A stretch of DNA of 64,000 nt, counting the filler, from a bacterium (GTDB lineage: Bacteria; JAMORN01), in NCBI GenBank assembly GCA_027063545.1. It is 15 parts of 15 records of this genome, joined end to end, with 100 filler letters (N's around TTAATTAATTAA, not from the genome) between each part and the next. Parts side by side here need not be neighbours in the genome. Positions count along the whole stretch, not along the records: positions 13,617 to 31,759 come from JAMORN010000281.1; 14 more parts are not named here. The stretch is one strand, 5' to 3'. The notes under the pieces are model-generated. The model did no database searches. It was not told the DNA's origin and saw nothing but the letters and a program-made list of their open reading frames with translations. The position numbers and the translations under genes are program-made. Shown piece after piece: positions 19,517 to 31,200 of the stretch. Every line of letters starts with the position of its first letter. Positions within the stretch are counted from its first letter, which is position 1.

Positions 19517-20398
19517 ATGAAAGGAATAGTTTTAGCAGGTGGAAGTGGTACTAGACTTTATCCTATAACATTAACAACAAGTAAACAGCTTTTACCTCTT
19601 TATGATAAACCTATGATATATTATCCTCTTTCAATTTTATTTGAGGCAGATATTAGGGAAATAGTTATTATTTCAACTCCTAAACATATAGATTTATATA
19701 AAGAGCTTTTAGGTACAGGGGAAGACTTTGGGGTTAAGTTTTATTATGTAATACAACAGGAACCAAGAGGTATAGCTGAAGCTTTTTTGATTAGTGAAGA
19801 TTATATAAAAGAAGAAAATGTAGCTCTTATTTTAGGAGATAATGTTTTTTATGGAGATATAATCTATGATATAATAGAAAAAGGGAAAAAAATAAAAGAA
19901 GGAGCGTTAATTTCTGCATATTATGTAAAGGATCCGCAAAGATATGGAATTGTAGAATTTGATAAAGAAGGAAAACCTTCAAAAATTGTAGAGAAACCAA
20001 AGAACCCAAAAAGTAATTATGCAGTAATGGGACTTTATTTTTATGATAAAAATGTTATTTACTATGCTAAAGAACTTAAACCTTCTCAAAGAGGAGAACT
20101 TGAGATAACAGATTTAAATAATATATATTTAGAAGAAGGAAAATTAAATGTAATAAAAATAGATAAAGGTTTAGCTTGGCTTGATACAGGAACACCTTCT
20201 TCTCTTCTTGAAGCAGCTAATTTTATAGAGACAATACAAAATAGACAAGGTTTAATGATTGCAGCTTTAGAAGAAATAGCATATTTAAAAGGTTTTATTA
20301 CGTTAGAGAAGTTAAAGGAAAGAGCAAAGTATTTTGAAAATAGTGAATATGGAAAATATCTATTAAGAAGAATAAAGGAGTTTGAAAATGAAATATAA
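19517..20398 (+). CDS. rfbA: Glucose-1-phosphate thymidylyltransferase
   Basis: GIVLAGGSGTRLYP, KQLLP.YDKPMIYYP, RGELEITD, WLDTGT. Confidence 0.97.
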   Translation: MKGIVLAGGSGTRLYPITLTTSKQLLPLYDKPMIYYPLSILFEADIREIVIISTPKHIDLYKELLGTGEDFGVKFYYVIQQEPRGIAEAFLISEDYIKEENVALILGDNVFYGDIIYDIIEKGKKIKEGALISAYYVKDPQRYGIVEFDKEGKPSKIVEKPKNPKSNYAVMGLYFYDKNVIYYAKELKPSQRGELEITDLNNIYLEEGKLNVIKIDKGLAWLDTGTPSSLLEAANFIETIQNRQGLMIAALEEIAYLKGFITLEKLKERAKYFENSEYGKYLLRRIKEFENEI

Positions 20399-22685
20399 AC
20401 TTTTTATTTATGGTTTATTATATATAATTTTTATAAATACACAAATTTTTTCACAAGTTTTTAATTCAAATATTGATTTTTCAGTTTCTCAAAATAAGAA
20501 TACTAATTTGGTAAAAAAATTAGATTCCTTAAAAACTATTAAAAATATAACTGGAAACGAACAAGTTTCTTCTTTTAAATATTCTTCTCCTTCTATAATT
20601 ACACAAATAGATACATCCTATTATGATAGTCTGATTATGCAGTCTTTATTGAGTAGGTTTTTATATAGAAATTCTTTAATGAAGAAAATAAAGATTTTTG
20701 GAGAGCAGTTCTTTCTTTTTAATAGGGATGGATTTATTCCAAGTATAATAGGTCCTGTTCCTGAGGATTATGTTTTTGGGCCGGGTGATGAATTTTCTAT
20801 ATATTTATGGGGAGAAGTTCAAAAGGTATATAATGTGAAAGTGCAAAAAGATGGATCTATTTTTTTACCATATATAGGAAAAATTGTTGTTTCAGGATTA
20901 ACTTATGATAAATTAAAAAAGAAATTAACATATAGACTAACAAAAGTATTTTCTACGTTAAATTATGGTAAAAGTTCTGCAACAACATTTTTAGATATTA
21001 TAATGACTAAATATAGATCTATAAAAATTTTTGTTGTAGGAGAGGCTTTAAATCCAGGAGCTTATACTTTATCTGGTTTTACAAATATTTATTCCGCAAT
21101 ATACTTTACAGGAGGTCCTTCTAAAACAGGAAGTTACAGAGAAATTTTAATAAAAAGGAATAAAAAAATAGTTGAAAAGATTGATCTTTATGATTTCCTG
21201 ATTTATGGGAACATAAAATCAGATTTTAGGTTAAAAGATGGTGATATTATAGTTTTTACCCCTCGAAAAAAGTTAGTAAAAATTAAAGGAGCTGTTTTAA
21301 GAGAGTTTACTTATGAATTGAAAGAAAATGAAACTTTAGGAGATTTAATAAAATTAGCCGGAGGTTTAAAATCTACAGCTAATATAGAAAATGTGAGAAT
21401 TACAAGAATAATAACAGATTCTAATTTTTATAAAGAGAATAAAAAGGAAATATTTTTAAGTTTTAAAAATAGAGAAGAGTTATATGATAGTGATTTTCTT
21501 TTATATGATAATGATGAAATATATATTCCCGAGATTTATATAAAACCAAAAAATAGAGTTATAGTAAAAGGGCAGGGTATTAAATATCCGGGTACTTATG
21601 CAATAGATGATAGTATTAAAACATTAAAAGATATCCTCAAAGTATCTGGTGCAAAGAAAGATATTATTGATAAAATTATAATTTTAAGAAGAATAAGAGA
21701 GGGAAAATATAAAGCTATTTTATTAAATATAGAAGAAGGTAATAATTTTCAACTAAAAAATGAAGATATAATATATACATTTCTTCAACGAGAGTTCTTT
21801 ATTTATCCAAAAATTAAAATAATGGGAGCCGTTAATCGTCCAGGAATGTATAATTATTATAAGGATTTAACAGTGTCAAAATTACTTGTTTTAGCTAGAG
21901 GTTTCAGATATGATGCTGATACCACCTATGTTGAGGTAAATAGAATAGATAGAAACTCAGATAGATTATATGTTAATATAGCAAGGTTAAAGTATGATAG
22001 AAATTTAAATTTATTGGAAGGTAAAGAGTTAAAATTATTACCAGGAGATGTTGTAATTGTTAGAGTAAATCCTAATCTAGTTACACCTAAATTAGTTAAG
22101 ATATATGGAGAAGTAAGATACCCAGGAGAATATTTACTAACAAATAATACAGAACGGATAAGCGATTTAATAGAAAGAGCAGGAGGTGTTAAATCTTCAG
22201 GTTATTTAAAGGCTGGAGTTTTATGGAGAGATTCTATAAAAGTTAATATAGATTTGGAAAATGCATACAAAAATCCTAAATCACCGGATAATATAATATT
22301 AAAAGAGGGAGATTCTATTTATATACCAAAACTTGAATATACAGTAAAAGTAGAAGGCGAAGTTCAATTCCCATCTTTAATTGTATGGAGAAGAGGAAAA
22401 GGAATTGACTATTATATATCCCAAGCAGGAGGATTTACAGAAAATGCTGATCCAGATAGGGTTGTTGGTTATCAGCCTAATGGAAAGAGGATAATTCAAA
22501 GAACATGCTGGTTTGATGATAGAGTAGAACCAGGAGCATATATATATGTTCCTAAAAGAAAAAATCAAAGATTTGATTGGTCCTATACACTTTCTATTAT
22601 AAAGGATATTGTTGGAATAGTTTCTTCTGCTGTTACTACAGCTTATTTAATATATACAATACAAAATAATGATGATAATAAGTAA
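20388..22685 (+). CDS. Polysaccharide export protein with multiple SLBB repeats (KpsD/Wza-like)
   Basis: Signal peptide; DYVFGPGDE..WG Poly_export motif; repeated G.V..PG.Y....L..LI..AGG SLBB units; C-terminal amphipathic helix. Confidence 0.9.
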   Translation: MKYKLFIYGLLYIIFINTQIFSQVFNSNIDFSVSQNKNTNLVKKLDSLKTIKNITGNEQVSSFKYSSPSIITQIDTSYYDSLIMQSLLSRFLYRNSLMKKIKIFGEQFFLFNRDGFIPSIIGPVPEDYVFGPGDEFSIYLWGEVQKVYNVKVQKDGSIFLPYIGKIVVSGLTYDKLKKKLTYRLTKVFSTLNYGKSSATTFLDIIMTKYRSIKIFVVGEALNPGAYTLSGFTNIYSAIYFTGGPSKTGSYREILIKRNKKIVEKIDLYDFLIYGNIKSDFRLKDGDIIVFTPRKKLVKIKGAVLREFTYELKENETLGDLIKLAGGLKSTANIENVRITRIITDSNFYKENKKEIFLSFKNREELYDSDFLLYDNDEIYIPEIYIKPKNRVIVKGQGIKYPGTYAIDDSIKTLKDILKVSGAKKDIIDKIIILRRIREGKYKAILLNIEEGNNFQLKNEDIIYTFLQREFFIYPKIKIMGAVNRPGMYNYYKDLTVSKLLVLARGFRYDADTTYVEVNRIDRNSDRLYVNIARLKYDRNLNLLEGKELKLLPGDVVIVRVNPNLVTPKLVKIYGEVRYPGEYLLTNNTERISDLIERAGGVKSSGYLKAGVLWRDSIKVNIDLENAYKNPKSPDNIILKEGDSIYIPKLEYTVKVEGEVQFPSLIVWRRGKGIDYYISQAGGFTENADPDRVVGYQPNGKRIIQRTCWFDDRVEPGAYIYVPKRKNQRFDWSYTLSIIKDIVGIVSSAVTTAYLIYTIQNNDDNK

Positions 22686-22851
22686 GTAATTATAAAAGTA
22701 TCAAAGTTTTTAGCATTTTCTTTTTTGATTTTTATCTCCCTTACTTTTGCAAAAGTAGGGCTTTTTTTTATTTTCTCTTTTCTATATAAAAAATTAAATT
22801 TTGAAATATTATAAAAAAAAATTATTTTATGGGTATATTGGGAGAGTGTTG

Positions 22852-24183
22852 ATGGAAGTAATAATCAAAAAGAATAATTTTAAAGGTGGTGTTCATCCGC
22901 CGGAATATAAGTATTTTACAGAACATAAATCTATAGAAAATTTTCCATTACCAGAAAAAGTATATCTTTTACTTCAACAACATATAGGAGCTCCTGCAAA
23001 GCCAATTGTTAAAGTTGGAGATAAAGTAAGAACAGGAGAGTTAATAGCAGAAGCCTCTGGTTTTATTTCAGCAAATATTCATGCTTCTATATCTGGAGAA
23101 GTAACAGGATTTAAAGAATTTATCGTACCATTTGGGGCAAAGGTTCAGGCTATAGAAATAACATCAGATGGGGAAGACAATTGGGTTGAATTAGATAAAA
23201 GAGAATGGCAAAGATTATCTCCTAAAGAAATTATAGAATTAGTGAAAGAGAAAGGTATTGTAGGAATGGGAGGAGCAACGTTCCCAACACATGTTAAACT
23301 CTCTCCTCCTCCAGAAAAAAAGATAGATACTTTAATTATAAATGGTGTAGAATGTGAGCCTTATTTAACAGCAGACCATAGATTAATGCTTGAAGAAGCT
23401 GATAAAATAATAGATGGTATAAAAATTTTAATGTATGTATTGGGAGTGGATAAGGCTTATATAGGTGTAGAAGCAAATAAGATGGATGCAATTGAACATT
23501 TAATAGAAAAAACAGCAAACGATCCTATAGAAGTTGTTGCTCTTGAGGTCAAATACCCTCAAGGAGCTGAAAAACAACTTATATATGCAATAACCAAGAG
23601 AGAAGTTCCTTCAGGAGGTCTCCCAGCAGATGTTGGCGTTGTAGTTCAAAATGTTGCTACAGCCAAAGCGATTTATGATGCGGTTGTTGAGGATATACCT
23701 TTGATTGAAAGAATAACAACAGTAACAGGATCTATTGTAAAAAATCCAACAAATTATAGAATAAGAGTAGGGACGTTAATATCTTCAATTTTGGATACTG
23801 TAGGGGTTGAATATGAAAATATTGCTAAATTAATTATGGGTGGCCCTATGATGGGGTTAACCCTTTATACTGATAACTTTCCTCTTCTTAAGGCAAATAA
23901 TGGAATATTAGTTTTATCTAAGGATGAGGTAAAAAGAGAAGAAGAGTATCCTTGTATTTCATGTGGAAGATGTGTTGATGTATGTCCTATGAATTTACTT
24001 CCAACTATGATAGCGTCAAGTTATAGGAAAAAGGAAATAAAATTAGCAGAAAAATTAGGAGCATTGGATTGTATTGAATGTGGTTCATGTTCATATATTT
24101 GCCCAGCTAAAATTCCATTGGCTCAACAGATAAAATTAGCTAAAAAGAGAATAATAACTCTTAAGAAAAAGGCTAAATCTTAG
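22852..24183 (+). CDS. rnfC: Rnf complex subunit C
   Basis: FKGGVHP, QHIGAPA, GMGGATFPTHVK, ECEPYLTAD, two CxxCxxCxxxCP; ATG at 22852 with GGAG upstream. Confidence 0.96.
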   Translation: MEVIIKKNNFKGGVHPPEYKYFTEHKSIENFPLPEKVYLLLQQHIGAPAKPIVKVGDKVRTGELIAEASGFISANIHASISGEVTGFKEFIVPFGAKVQAIEITSDGEDNWVELDKREWQRLSPKEIIELVKEKGIVGMGGATFPTHVKLSPPPEKKIDTLIINGVECEPYLTADHRLMLEEADKIIDGIKILMYVLGVDKAYIGVEANKMDAIEHLIEKTANDPIEVVALEVKYPQGAEKQLIYAITKREVPSGGLPADVGVVVQNVATAKAIYDAVVEDIPLIERITTVTGSIVKNPTNYRIRVGTLISSILDTVGVEYENIAKLIMGGPMMGLTLYTDNFPLLKANNGILVLSKDEVKREEEYPCISCGRCVDVCPMNLLPTMIASSYRKKEIKLAEKLGALDCIECGSCSYICPAKIPLAQQIKLAKKRIITLKKKAKS

Positions 24184-24194
24184 GAGAAAATAAA

Positions 24195-25199
24195 ATGGGT
24201 GTAGGTAAATTGGTAGTAGGTCCAGGGCCTCATATTAGAGATAGAGATGATGTTAAGACTATAATGTGGTGGGTTGTAATTTCTCTTATGCCAGCTTTAA
24301 TAGCAAGTGTTTTATTTTGGGGGATAAGACCCCTTATTATGACATTAATAAGTGTTGTAGTTGCTGTAGGTAGTGAATATTTGTTTTCAAAGCTTTTTAA
24401 TTTGCCTATTAGAATAGATGATGGATCAGCAGTTATAACAGGAATATTATTAGCTTTTAATGTAACTCCAAATGCTCCATGGTGGATTTTTGCTGTAGGT
24501 TCTTTTTTTGCTATTGTTTTTGGTAAGATGGTTTTTGGCGGATTAGGATACAATCCTGTGAATCCTGCTTTAGCAGGTAGAGCATTTTTAATGGCTTCTT
24601 GGCCAGTTATAATGACAGCTGACTGGATCCCAGCAAATTTTTTATTTAAAGGTCCTATGGGAGGTATAGATGGCTTTACTTCAGCAACTCCTTTGAATGT
24701 GTATAAATATAATCAATTAACAATAGATCAATTAAAAGAGGCTTTAATGCCTTTATTTATAGGGAATGTTGGAGGAGTTTTAGGAGAAACATCTGCTATA
24801 GCTCTTTTAATTGGGGCAGCTATACTATTTTATAAAAAGATAATCTCTTGGAGAATTCCTTTTACTTATATAGGAACAGTTTTTATTTTAGCATGGATAT
24901 TTCAAAAAAGTGGGGCTCAATTTACAAAAGACTTTTGGGTTGAGCCTATGTTTCATGTATTAGCTGGAGGATTAATTTTAGGGGCATTTTTTATGGCAAC
25001 CGATATGGTTACATCTCCAATAACACCAAAAGGACAAATTATTTTTGGTGTAGGGTTAGGGGTTTTAACTTATTTAATAAGAAGATTAGGAGGTTATCCA
25101 GAAGGAGTGTCTTATTCTATTCTTTTAATGAATTTGACTGTACCATTTTTAAATAAACTAACAATACCTAGAATATTTGGCCATAAGGATAAAAAATAG
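24195..25199 (+). CDS. rnfD: Rnf complex subunit D
   Basis: FGGLGYNPVNPAL, TSATPL FMN site, GETSA, FMATD. Confidence 0.96.
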   Translation: MGVGKLVVGPGPHIRDRDDVKTIMWWVVISLMPALIASVLFWGIRPLIMTLISVVVAVGSEYLFSKLFNLPIRIDDGSAVITGILLAFNVTPNAPWWIFAVGSFFAIVFGKMVFGGLGYNPVNPALAGRAFLMASWPVIMTADWIPANFLFKGPMGGIDGFTSATPLNVYKYNQLTIDQLKEALMPLFIGNVGGVLGETSAIALLIGAAILFYKKIISWRIPFTYIGTVFILAWIFQKSGAQFTKDFWVEPMFHVLAGGLILGAFFMATDMVTSPITPKGQIIFGVGLGVLTYLIRRLGGYPEGVSYSILLMNLTVPFLNKLTIPRIFGHKDKK

Positions 25200-25215
25200 A
25201 GAGGCGGGGAATTTT

Positions 25216-25872
25216 ATGAATAAAGAAATGTTGAATAATATATTAAAATTCTCTTTAGTTTTAGTGATAGTTGGTATGGTTGCCGGAGGTAGTTTATCTT
25301 TTGTTTATTTAAAAACAAAATCAAAGATAGAAGAACAACAAAAGAAGGAAGAATTGGCGGCTAAGAATGTAATTTTTAAAGATAAAGGGTATGTTTTTAA
25401 AAAAATAAAAAAAGAAGGAATTGAATATGAAGAAGTATATAAAAATGGGAAATTAGAAGGATATTTATTTAAAGCGTATGGCCCAGGATATTCATCAGTA
25501 ATTGTTACTTTAGTAGGTGTTGATACAAATTTTAATATAAAGGGAATTGTTATTTTATCACAGGCAGAAACCCCGGGTCTTGGAGCAAGAATAAAAGAGG
25601 TTAAAAGTGATAAATATATTTTTAACTTTTGGAAAAAGAAAAGTGAAAACACAAAACCTTGGTTTGAAGAGCAATTTGAAGGGCTTAATGCTTTAAGTTT
25701 AAAGTTAATTAAGGGTGGAAAAGAATATAAAGATTTGGATGATAAAGCAAAAGAAAAGTTAAAAAAGAAAAATGAGATAACTGCTTTATCAGGAGCTACA
25801 ATATCTTCAAATGCAGTATTAAGTAGTATTAAAGCTAAGGCTGATAGTTTGTATAAAATTTTGAAAAAGTAG
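25216..25872 (+). CDS. rnfG: Rnf complex subunit G
   Basis: N-terminal TM, ETPGLG, SGATISS FMN-Thr motif; likely ATG at 25216. Confidence 0.93.
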   Translation: MNKEMLNNILKFSLVLVIVGMVAGGSLSFVYLKTKSKIEEQQKKEELAAKNVIFKDKGYVFKKIKKEGIEYEEVYKNGKLEGYLFKAYGPGYSSVIVTLVGVDTNFNIKGIVILSQAETPGLGARIKEVKSDKYIFNFWKKKSENTKPWFEEQFEGLNALSLKLIKGGKEYKDLDDKAKEKLKKKNEITALSGATISSNAVLSSIKAKADSLYKILKK

Positions 25873-25883
25873 AGGAATATACC

Positions 25884-26477
25884 ATGGCAAAGATAAAAGA
25901 GTTAATAAAAGATGGTATTTGGAATAAAAATCCTGTTTTAGTTCAAGCAATAGGTCTTTGTCCAACATTAGCGGTAACAACATCCTTAAAAAATGGTTTT
26001 TATATGGGTGTAGCCTCTACTTTTGTTTTAGTAGGATCAAATGTTATAATCTCAATAATAAAATCTTTTATTCCTGCAAAGGTTAGAATACCAGTATATA
26101 TAACAGTAATAGCCTCATTTGTAACATTAGTGCAACTTTTTGTATCTGCATATTTACCAGAACTTAATAAGACACTGGGGATTTTTATACCATTAATTGT
26201 TGTAAATTGTATAATTTTAGGGAGAGCTGAGGCTTTTGCTTCAAAAAATGGAGTTTTTGATTCTTTGATAGATGGAGTTTCTATGGGTATAGGTTTTACA
26301 TTAGCACTTATGATAATGGCAGGTATAAGAGAATTTTTAGGTGCAAATAAACTATTTGACTTACTTGTAATACCGGGTTTTGAGCCTGCTGCAGCAATGA
26401 TATTACCTGTTGGTGGATTTTTAACAATGGGTGTTCTTATTGCTATAATGAATTATATAAATATGAAAAAGAGGTAG
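25884..26477 (+). CDS. rnfE: Rnf complex subunit E
   Basis: NPVLV..IGLCPTLAVT, IPLIVVNCIILGRAEAFA. Confidence 0.96.
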   Translation: MAKIKELIKDGIWNKNPVLVQAIGLCPTLAVTTSLKNGFYMGVASTFVLVGSNVIISIIKSFIPAKVRIPVYITVIASFVTLVQLFVSAYLPELNKTLGIFIPLIVVNCIILGRAEAFASKNGVFDSLIDGVSMGIGFTLALMIMAGIREFLGANKLFDLLVIPGFEPAAAMILPVGGFLTMGVLIAIMNYINMKKR

Positions 26478-26482
26478 ATTAA

Positions 26483-27067
26483 ATGGATTTGGGAACACTT
26501 CTTCAAATAACAATAGCGGCAATTTTTATAAATAATTTTGTTTTATCAAGATTTTTGGGATTATGTCCTTATTTTGGAGTTTCTAAACAGGTTGATAGTG
26601 CAATAGGGATGGGGCTTTCTGTAATATTTGTAATGACAATAGCAGCAACAGTTACATGGCCTATCTATTATTTTGTTTTAAAGCCTTTGGGAATAGATTT
26701 TCTTCAGACAATAGTTTTTATTTTAGTTATAGCTTCTTTAGTTCAATTGGTGGAGATGGTAATCCAAAAGGTTTCTCCTTCTTTATATGAATCATTAGGA
26801 ATTTATCTTCCTCTTATAACAACAAATTGTGCTATATTGGGAGTGACTGTTTTAAATATAAGTGAGAGTTATAATTTTATAGAATCTGTAGTTAATGCCT
26901 TTGCTTCAGGTGTTGGTTTTACACTTGTTTTAATATTAATGTCAGGTATAAGAGTTAAATTAGAAGATACCCCATTACCAGAGTATATGAAGGGGCTACC
27001 GCTTGCTTTTTTTGTAGGAGCAGTAATGGCTTTAGCATTTATGGGATTTTCAGGTTTTAAGATTTAA
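26483..27067 (+). CDS. rnfA: Rnf complex subunit A
   Basis: NNFVLSRFLGLCP, LPLITTNCAILG. Confidence 0.96.
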   Translation: MDLGTLLQITIAAIFINNFVLSRFLGLCPYFGVSKQVDSAIGMGLSVIFVMTIAATVTWPIYYFVLKPLGIDFLQTIVFILVIASLVQLVEMVIQKVSPSLYESLGIYLPLITTNCAILGVTVLNISESYNFIESVVNAFASGVGFTLVLILMSGIRVKLEDTPLPEYMKGLPLAFFVGAVMALAFMGFSGFKI

Positions 27068-27089
27068 AAAAAACAAGGTAGGGTAAATT

Positions 27090-27374
27090 ATGAATATAAT
27101 AGTATTATATTCAATTTTAACTTTAGCCATAATGGGACTAATAATAGGAATATTATTAGGTATAGCTAGTGAAATTTTTAAAGTTGAAGTTGATCCTAGA
27201 GTAGAAAATATAGAAGAAATTCTTCCAGGTTTAAATTGTGGAGCTTGTGGTTATCCTGGATGTTCAGGGTATGCAAAGGCTATAGTAAAAGGAGAAGCAC
27301 CTATAAGTTTATGTACGCCTGGTGGTCCAGATGTTCAAGAAAAAATACAAAAAATAATGGAGGAAAATTCTTAA
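27090..27374 (+). CDS. rnfB: Rnf subunit B, N-terminal membrane anchor and FeS domain only
   Basis: TM helix, VDPR, LPGLNCGACGYPGC..YA, CTPGG; stop after 94 aa. Confidence 0.88.
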   Translation: MNIIVLYSILTLAIMGLIIGILLGIASEIFKVEVDPRVENIEEILPGLNCGACGYPGCSGYAKAIVKGEAPISLCTPGGPDVQEKIQKIMEENS

Positions 27375-27375
27375 T

Positions 27376-28125
27376 ATGGCAAGTAAAAAAGTTGCTATAG
27401 TAAAGTGTGTCGGTGATAGAAGAGTAGCAAAAGAAAAATATGAATATTTAGGATATGAAAGTTGTGAAGCAGCTGTAATGCATTTTAATGGTCCAAAGGA
27501 ATGTTATTTTGGATGTATAGGTTTGGGAGATTGTGTAGAAGCTTGTCCTTTTGATGCTATGTATATGAGTGAATTTGCTTTACCTGTTGTTATTGAGGAT
27601 AAATGTATAGGTTGTGGAGAATGTGTAAAGGCATGTCCCAAGGGAATAATGGAGTTAATAGATAGGGATCAAAAAGTGTATGTCAAATGTTCTTCTCATG
27701 AACCAGCGAAGGTAACAAATCAGGTATGTAATAATGGGAAAAAAGGGGATGAAAAACTAGGTGGGTGTATTGCTTGTGGATTGTGTGAGAAAAATTGTCC
27801 TCACGATGCTATACATGTTATAGACAATCTTGCAGTTATTGATTATGAAAAATGTACTTCCTGTGGAATATGTGTGCAGAAATGTCCTACAAATGTAATA
27901 ATAGATATGCTTCCTTCAAGACCAAAGGCTTATATTGGGCCTAATTGTGTTGGATGTGGTTTGTGTAAGAAGGTTTGTCCAACAAATGCTATAAGTGGAG
28001 AACTAAAGGAAAAACATGTTGTCGATCCAGATAAATGTATTGGTTGTGGGGAATGTATTGAAGCATGTCCTCCTAAGATAAAGGCTATATCTTTCATTGG
28101 AAGCTACGATGAAATAGATAAATAA
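27376..28125 (+). CDS. Polyferredoxin corresponding to the RnfB C-terminal portion
   Basis: KKVAIVKC, CYFGCIGLGDCVEACPF and further CxxCxxCxxxCP motifs; starts 1 nt after the short rnfB stop. Confidence 0.88.
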   Translation: MASKKVAIVKCVGDRRVAKEKYEYLGYESCEAAVMHFNGPKECYFGCIGLGDCVEACPFDAMYMSEFALPVVIEDKCIGCGECVKACPKGIMELIDRDQKVYVKCSSHEPAKVTNQVCNNGKKGDEKLGGCIACGLCEKNCPHDAIHVIDNLAVIDYEKCTSCGICVQKCPTNVIIDMLPSRPKAYIGPNCVGCGLCKKVCPTNAISGELKEKHVVDPDKCIGCGECIEACPPKIKAISFIGSYDEIDK

Positions 28126-28253
28126 TTTATTATCTTTTTCTCCTTTATTTTTCTCTTTTTTTTTTTTATTTTCTATAACAAATCGTATTTAAGCGATTAA
28201 TTAATTTGGTATTTTATGGAAAAAATTAATAAAATTTTAAAAAAGGAGATGCT

Positions 28254-31200
28254 ATGAACATAAATAAAAGTATGTTTAGTTTTTATACTAATATTTCTTC
28301 TTTTATACTAATATTTCTTTTAAATTTAAATGTCTTCTTAAATGCGCAAACAGTACCTTTTCATGATAGACTTCATTATGATTCTTTGAATTTAGTTCCT
28401 AATAATATTAGGGTAAATCAAGTAGGGTATTTGCCTGATGATAGGGGTAAACGTGCTTTTGTAACTGCTTATGGAGATTATCAACCAAAAGAAGGGGATC
28501 CTTTTTATATTATTGATGCTTATACAAAAGAGGTGGTTTATGAGGGAAAACTTAAAGATTCGGGATATGATTTTTTTAGAGGTTCGTGGTATATTCAGGC
28601 TTATTATAATTCAATAACAGCTTGGGATCCACCTTATCCTTTAGTTGCTAATTATGGAGATGAACATATTTATTATGCAGAGTTTGGAGATTTTACTCAA
28701 GAAGGAACATTCCAGATTGTATGTAATGGAGATACCTCTTGGACTTTTAGAATAAGTAAATACTTATTTAATGATTTATTAAATACAGAACTTAAATTTT
28801 TAGCATTTCAAAGATGTGGTCCTGATCCTTCATGGGCGCATGGCCCTTGTCATACCCATGATGGGGATTATTTGGGAGAAGAGTTTGATGGTGCTTTAGT
28901 TGGCGGTTGGCATGACTGTGGAGATCATCCTAAATTTGCCTTAACTTTAAGTTATACAGCTTTTATGCTTTCGGTTTTATCTGCAGTTTTTGAGGATAAA
29001 TTAAATGATCAATATAATGCAGCAATGAATGATACAATATTTACAGATGGTATTCCAGATTTAATGTATGAGGCTTATAGAGGGACACAGTATATATTAA
29101 GACTTCTTGAGGTTTCAAAAAAGAAAGGAATTTGGCCTGATGATATGTACCATACAGTAGGAGATGGAGATTATGATCATTCATGGTGGGGAAGGCCAGA
29201 ATGGCAGGATCAAGTACCTCAAAGTCAAGGTGGAAGGCCAAGACCAGTAGTAGCAGGTGCAGGGGCTGAGGTTGCAGCAAAGTTCGGTGCAGCTCTTGCT
29301 TTCTTTGGAGGTGTTTGGAAAAAATATGATCCAGAATATGCCCAGAAATGTATTGATGCAGCAGAGGAACTTTATGAATATGCTAAAAATCATTTAAGTT
29401 CTCAAACAACTCATGGAGCTTACTATAGAAGTAATGGTAGATTTGATGATGAAATGGCAGCAATCACAGTAGGACTTTTATATGCAACAGGAGATGAGAA
29501 GTATAAATATGATCTATTAGAAAATACAGATTATGGTCGTGCTACTAGTTATGAGTGGAATGCTTATCTTTTTCCTGGGGGTTGGCTTGCTATGAATGGA
29601 GATGGAGGCTTTTATCCGGGAGGTTGGGTTCAAGATTGGGAAAATATCTATGCAATGGTTTTATATGCTTTTAAAAAGTTAATTCTTCCAGATATTGAAA
29701 CAGCAAGAAAATATAATTTTACAGATGATGAATACAATAATTATTCTGTAAGAATAGCTTATGCATACTTAAAAAATCTTCAAGATGGGGGATTAATTGC
29801 TGATTATAGTGATCCTACAGCAGGTGCCACTACAATGGCTGAACCTTATAATTTACCTACATTTTCTATGGATTGGGGATTTAATAGATATAATTTAGGT
29901 ATATCTATTGCTGGTTTTTTCTTTATTGATGCTTTTGAAGGACAGACATTTGCGGTTGTAGAAGACTTACAAAATACAAATGAATGTAGAGGTAAAACAG
30001 AAATAGATTTTAATGATTGGGCATGGTTAAGGAATTTTGCAGTAAGACATCTTGATTATATTTTAGGATTAAATCCATGGGATGTCTCTTTTGTTATGGG
30101 TGTTGGGACAAAAAATTTAAATCATCCTCATAATAGGACAGCCTCTGCTGAACTTTTAAATAATGCAGCTGAACCTTATGATTATACTCCACCTGTAGGA
30201 GCATTGATGGGTGGTGTAAATCCTTCAAGTACTAATGTATTGAAAGAGGATGCTCAGGATTATACAGTTGATGAAACATGTGTTGATTATTCTATGGTAC
30301 TTCTTGGAATGACATTAACTCATGCAGTAAAACTTCCACCAGATACAATACCTCCAGGTATTAAAAATTTAAGATATACTCAAGTATCAGAAAATACAGA
30401 ACTTATTTCATGGGAAACAACAGAATTATCAAAAGATACTCTATTCTTAGCAGCATCAAAAGAAATTTTAGAAGCCTATTTAAATGGAAATACAGCAGCA
30501 GGAGAATTTGTTTATAAGTTAGTTTCAAAAAAGGATGAAAATGCTATTAGTGACTTTCAATTTAACCATTTAGTTGAGGCAACACCCCTTGATATAGGTG
30601 TGACTTATTATTTTTATATAAAAGCGTATGATGTTAAAGGAAATGTTTTGGTAGATGATAATAACGGTCAATTTTATTCTTTTACTTTGACAGAATTTAC
30701 AGGAGTAGAAATATCTGATGTTACAGTTTGTAATATAACAGCCCATTCAGCAACAGTTTTATGGATGACAAATGTACCAGCGGATTCTAAAGTAAGATAT
30801 GGGACATCACCAGGTGTTTATACAGATTCTATTCTTTTTGATGATATAACAATACCAACAACATTTCATAGGGTAACACTTGAGAATTTACAGGCAAATA
30901 CAACCTATTATTTTGAGGTAATAAGTGGAGATGCTAAAGCAACAGGTACTTTTACTACAGAGTTTGAGTATGCAAATATTCAGGTTTTGGGTGCTTTTAC
31001 ATCTTCTAATGTTTTGTGGCTTAAGATTGTAAATAAAGAAAATTTAACTAAATACGCAGGTCTAGAAGTTAGAGTTTATTTAGATAAAGTAACCTCAACA
31101 AGTACAACAGCAAATATATGGTTAAGTGAATTGTGGACAGGGGATAATTTAACGTCTCCTAGTGGTTCTTTAACTTTTGATTATTTAGGATTAAAAACAG

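Noticed and set aside
28195-28206. ATTAATTAAT near the GH9 promoter resembling the linker
   Set aside because: No flanking Ns and an incomplete match; natural AT-rich sequence.
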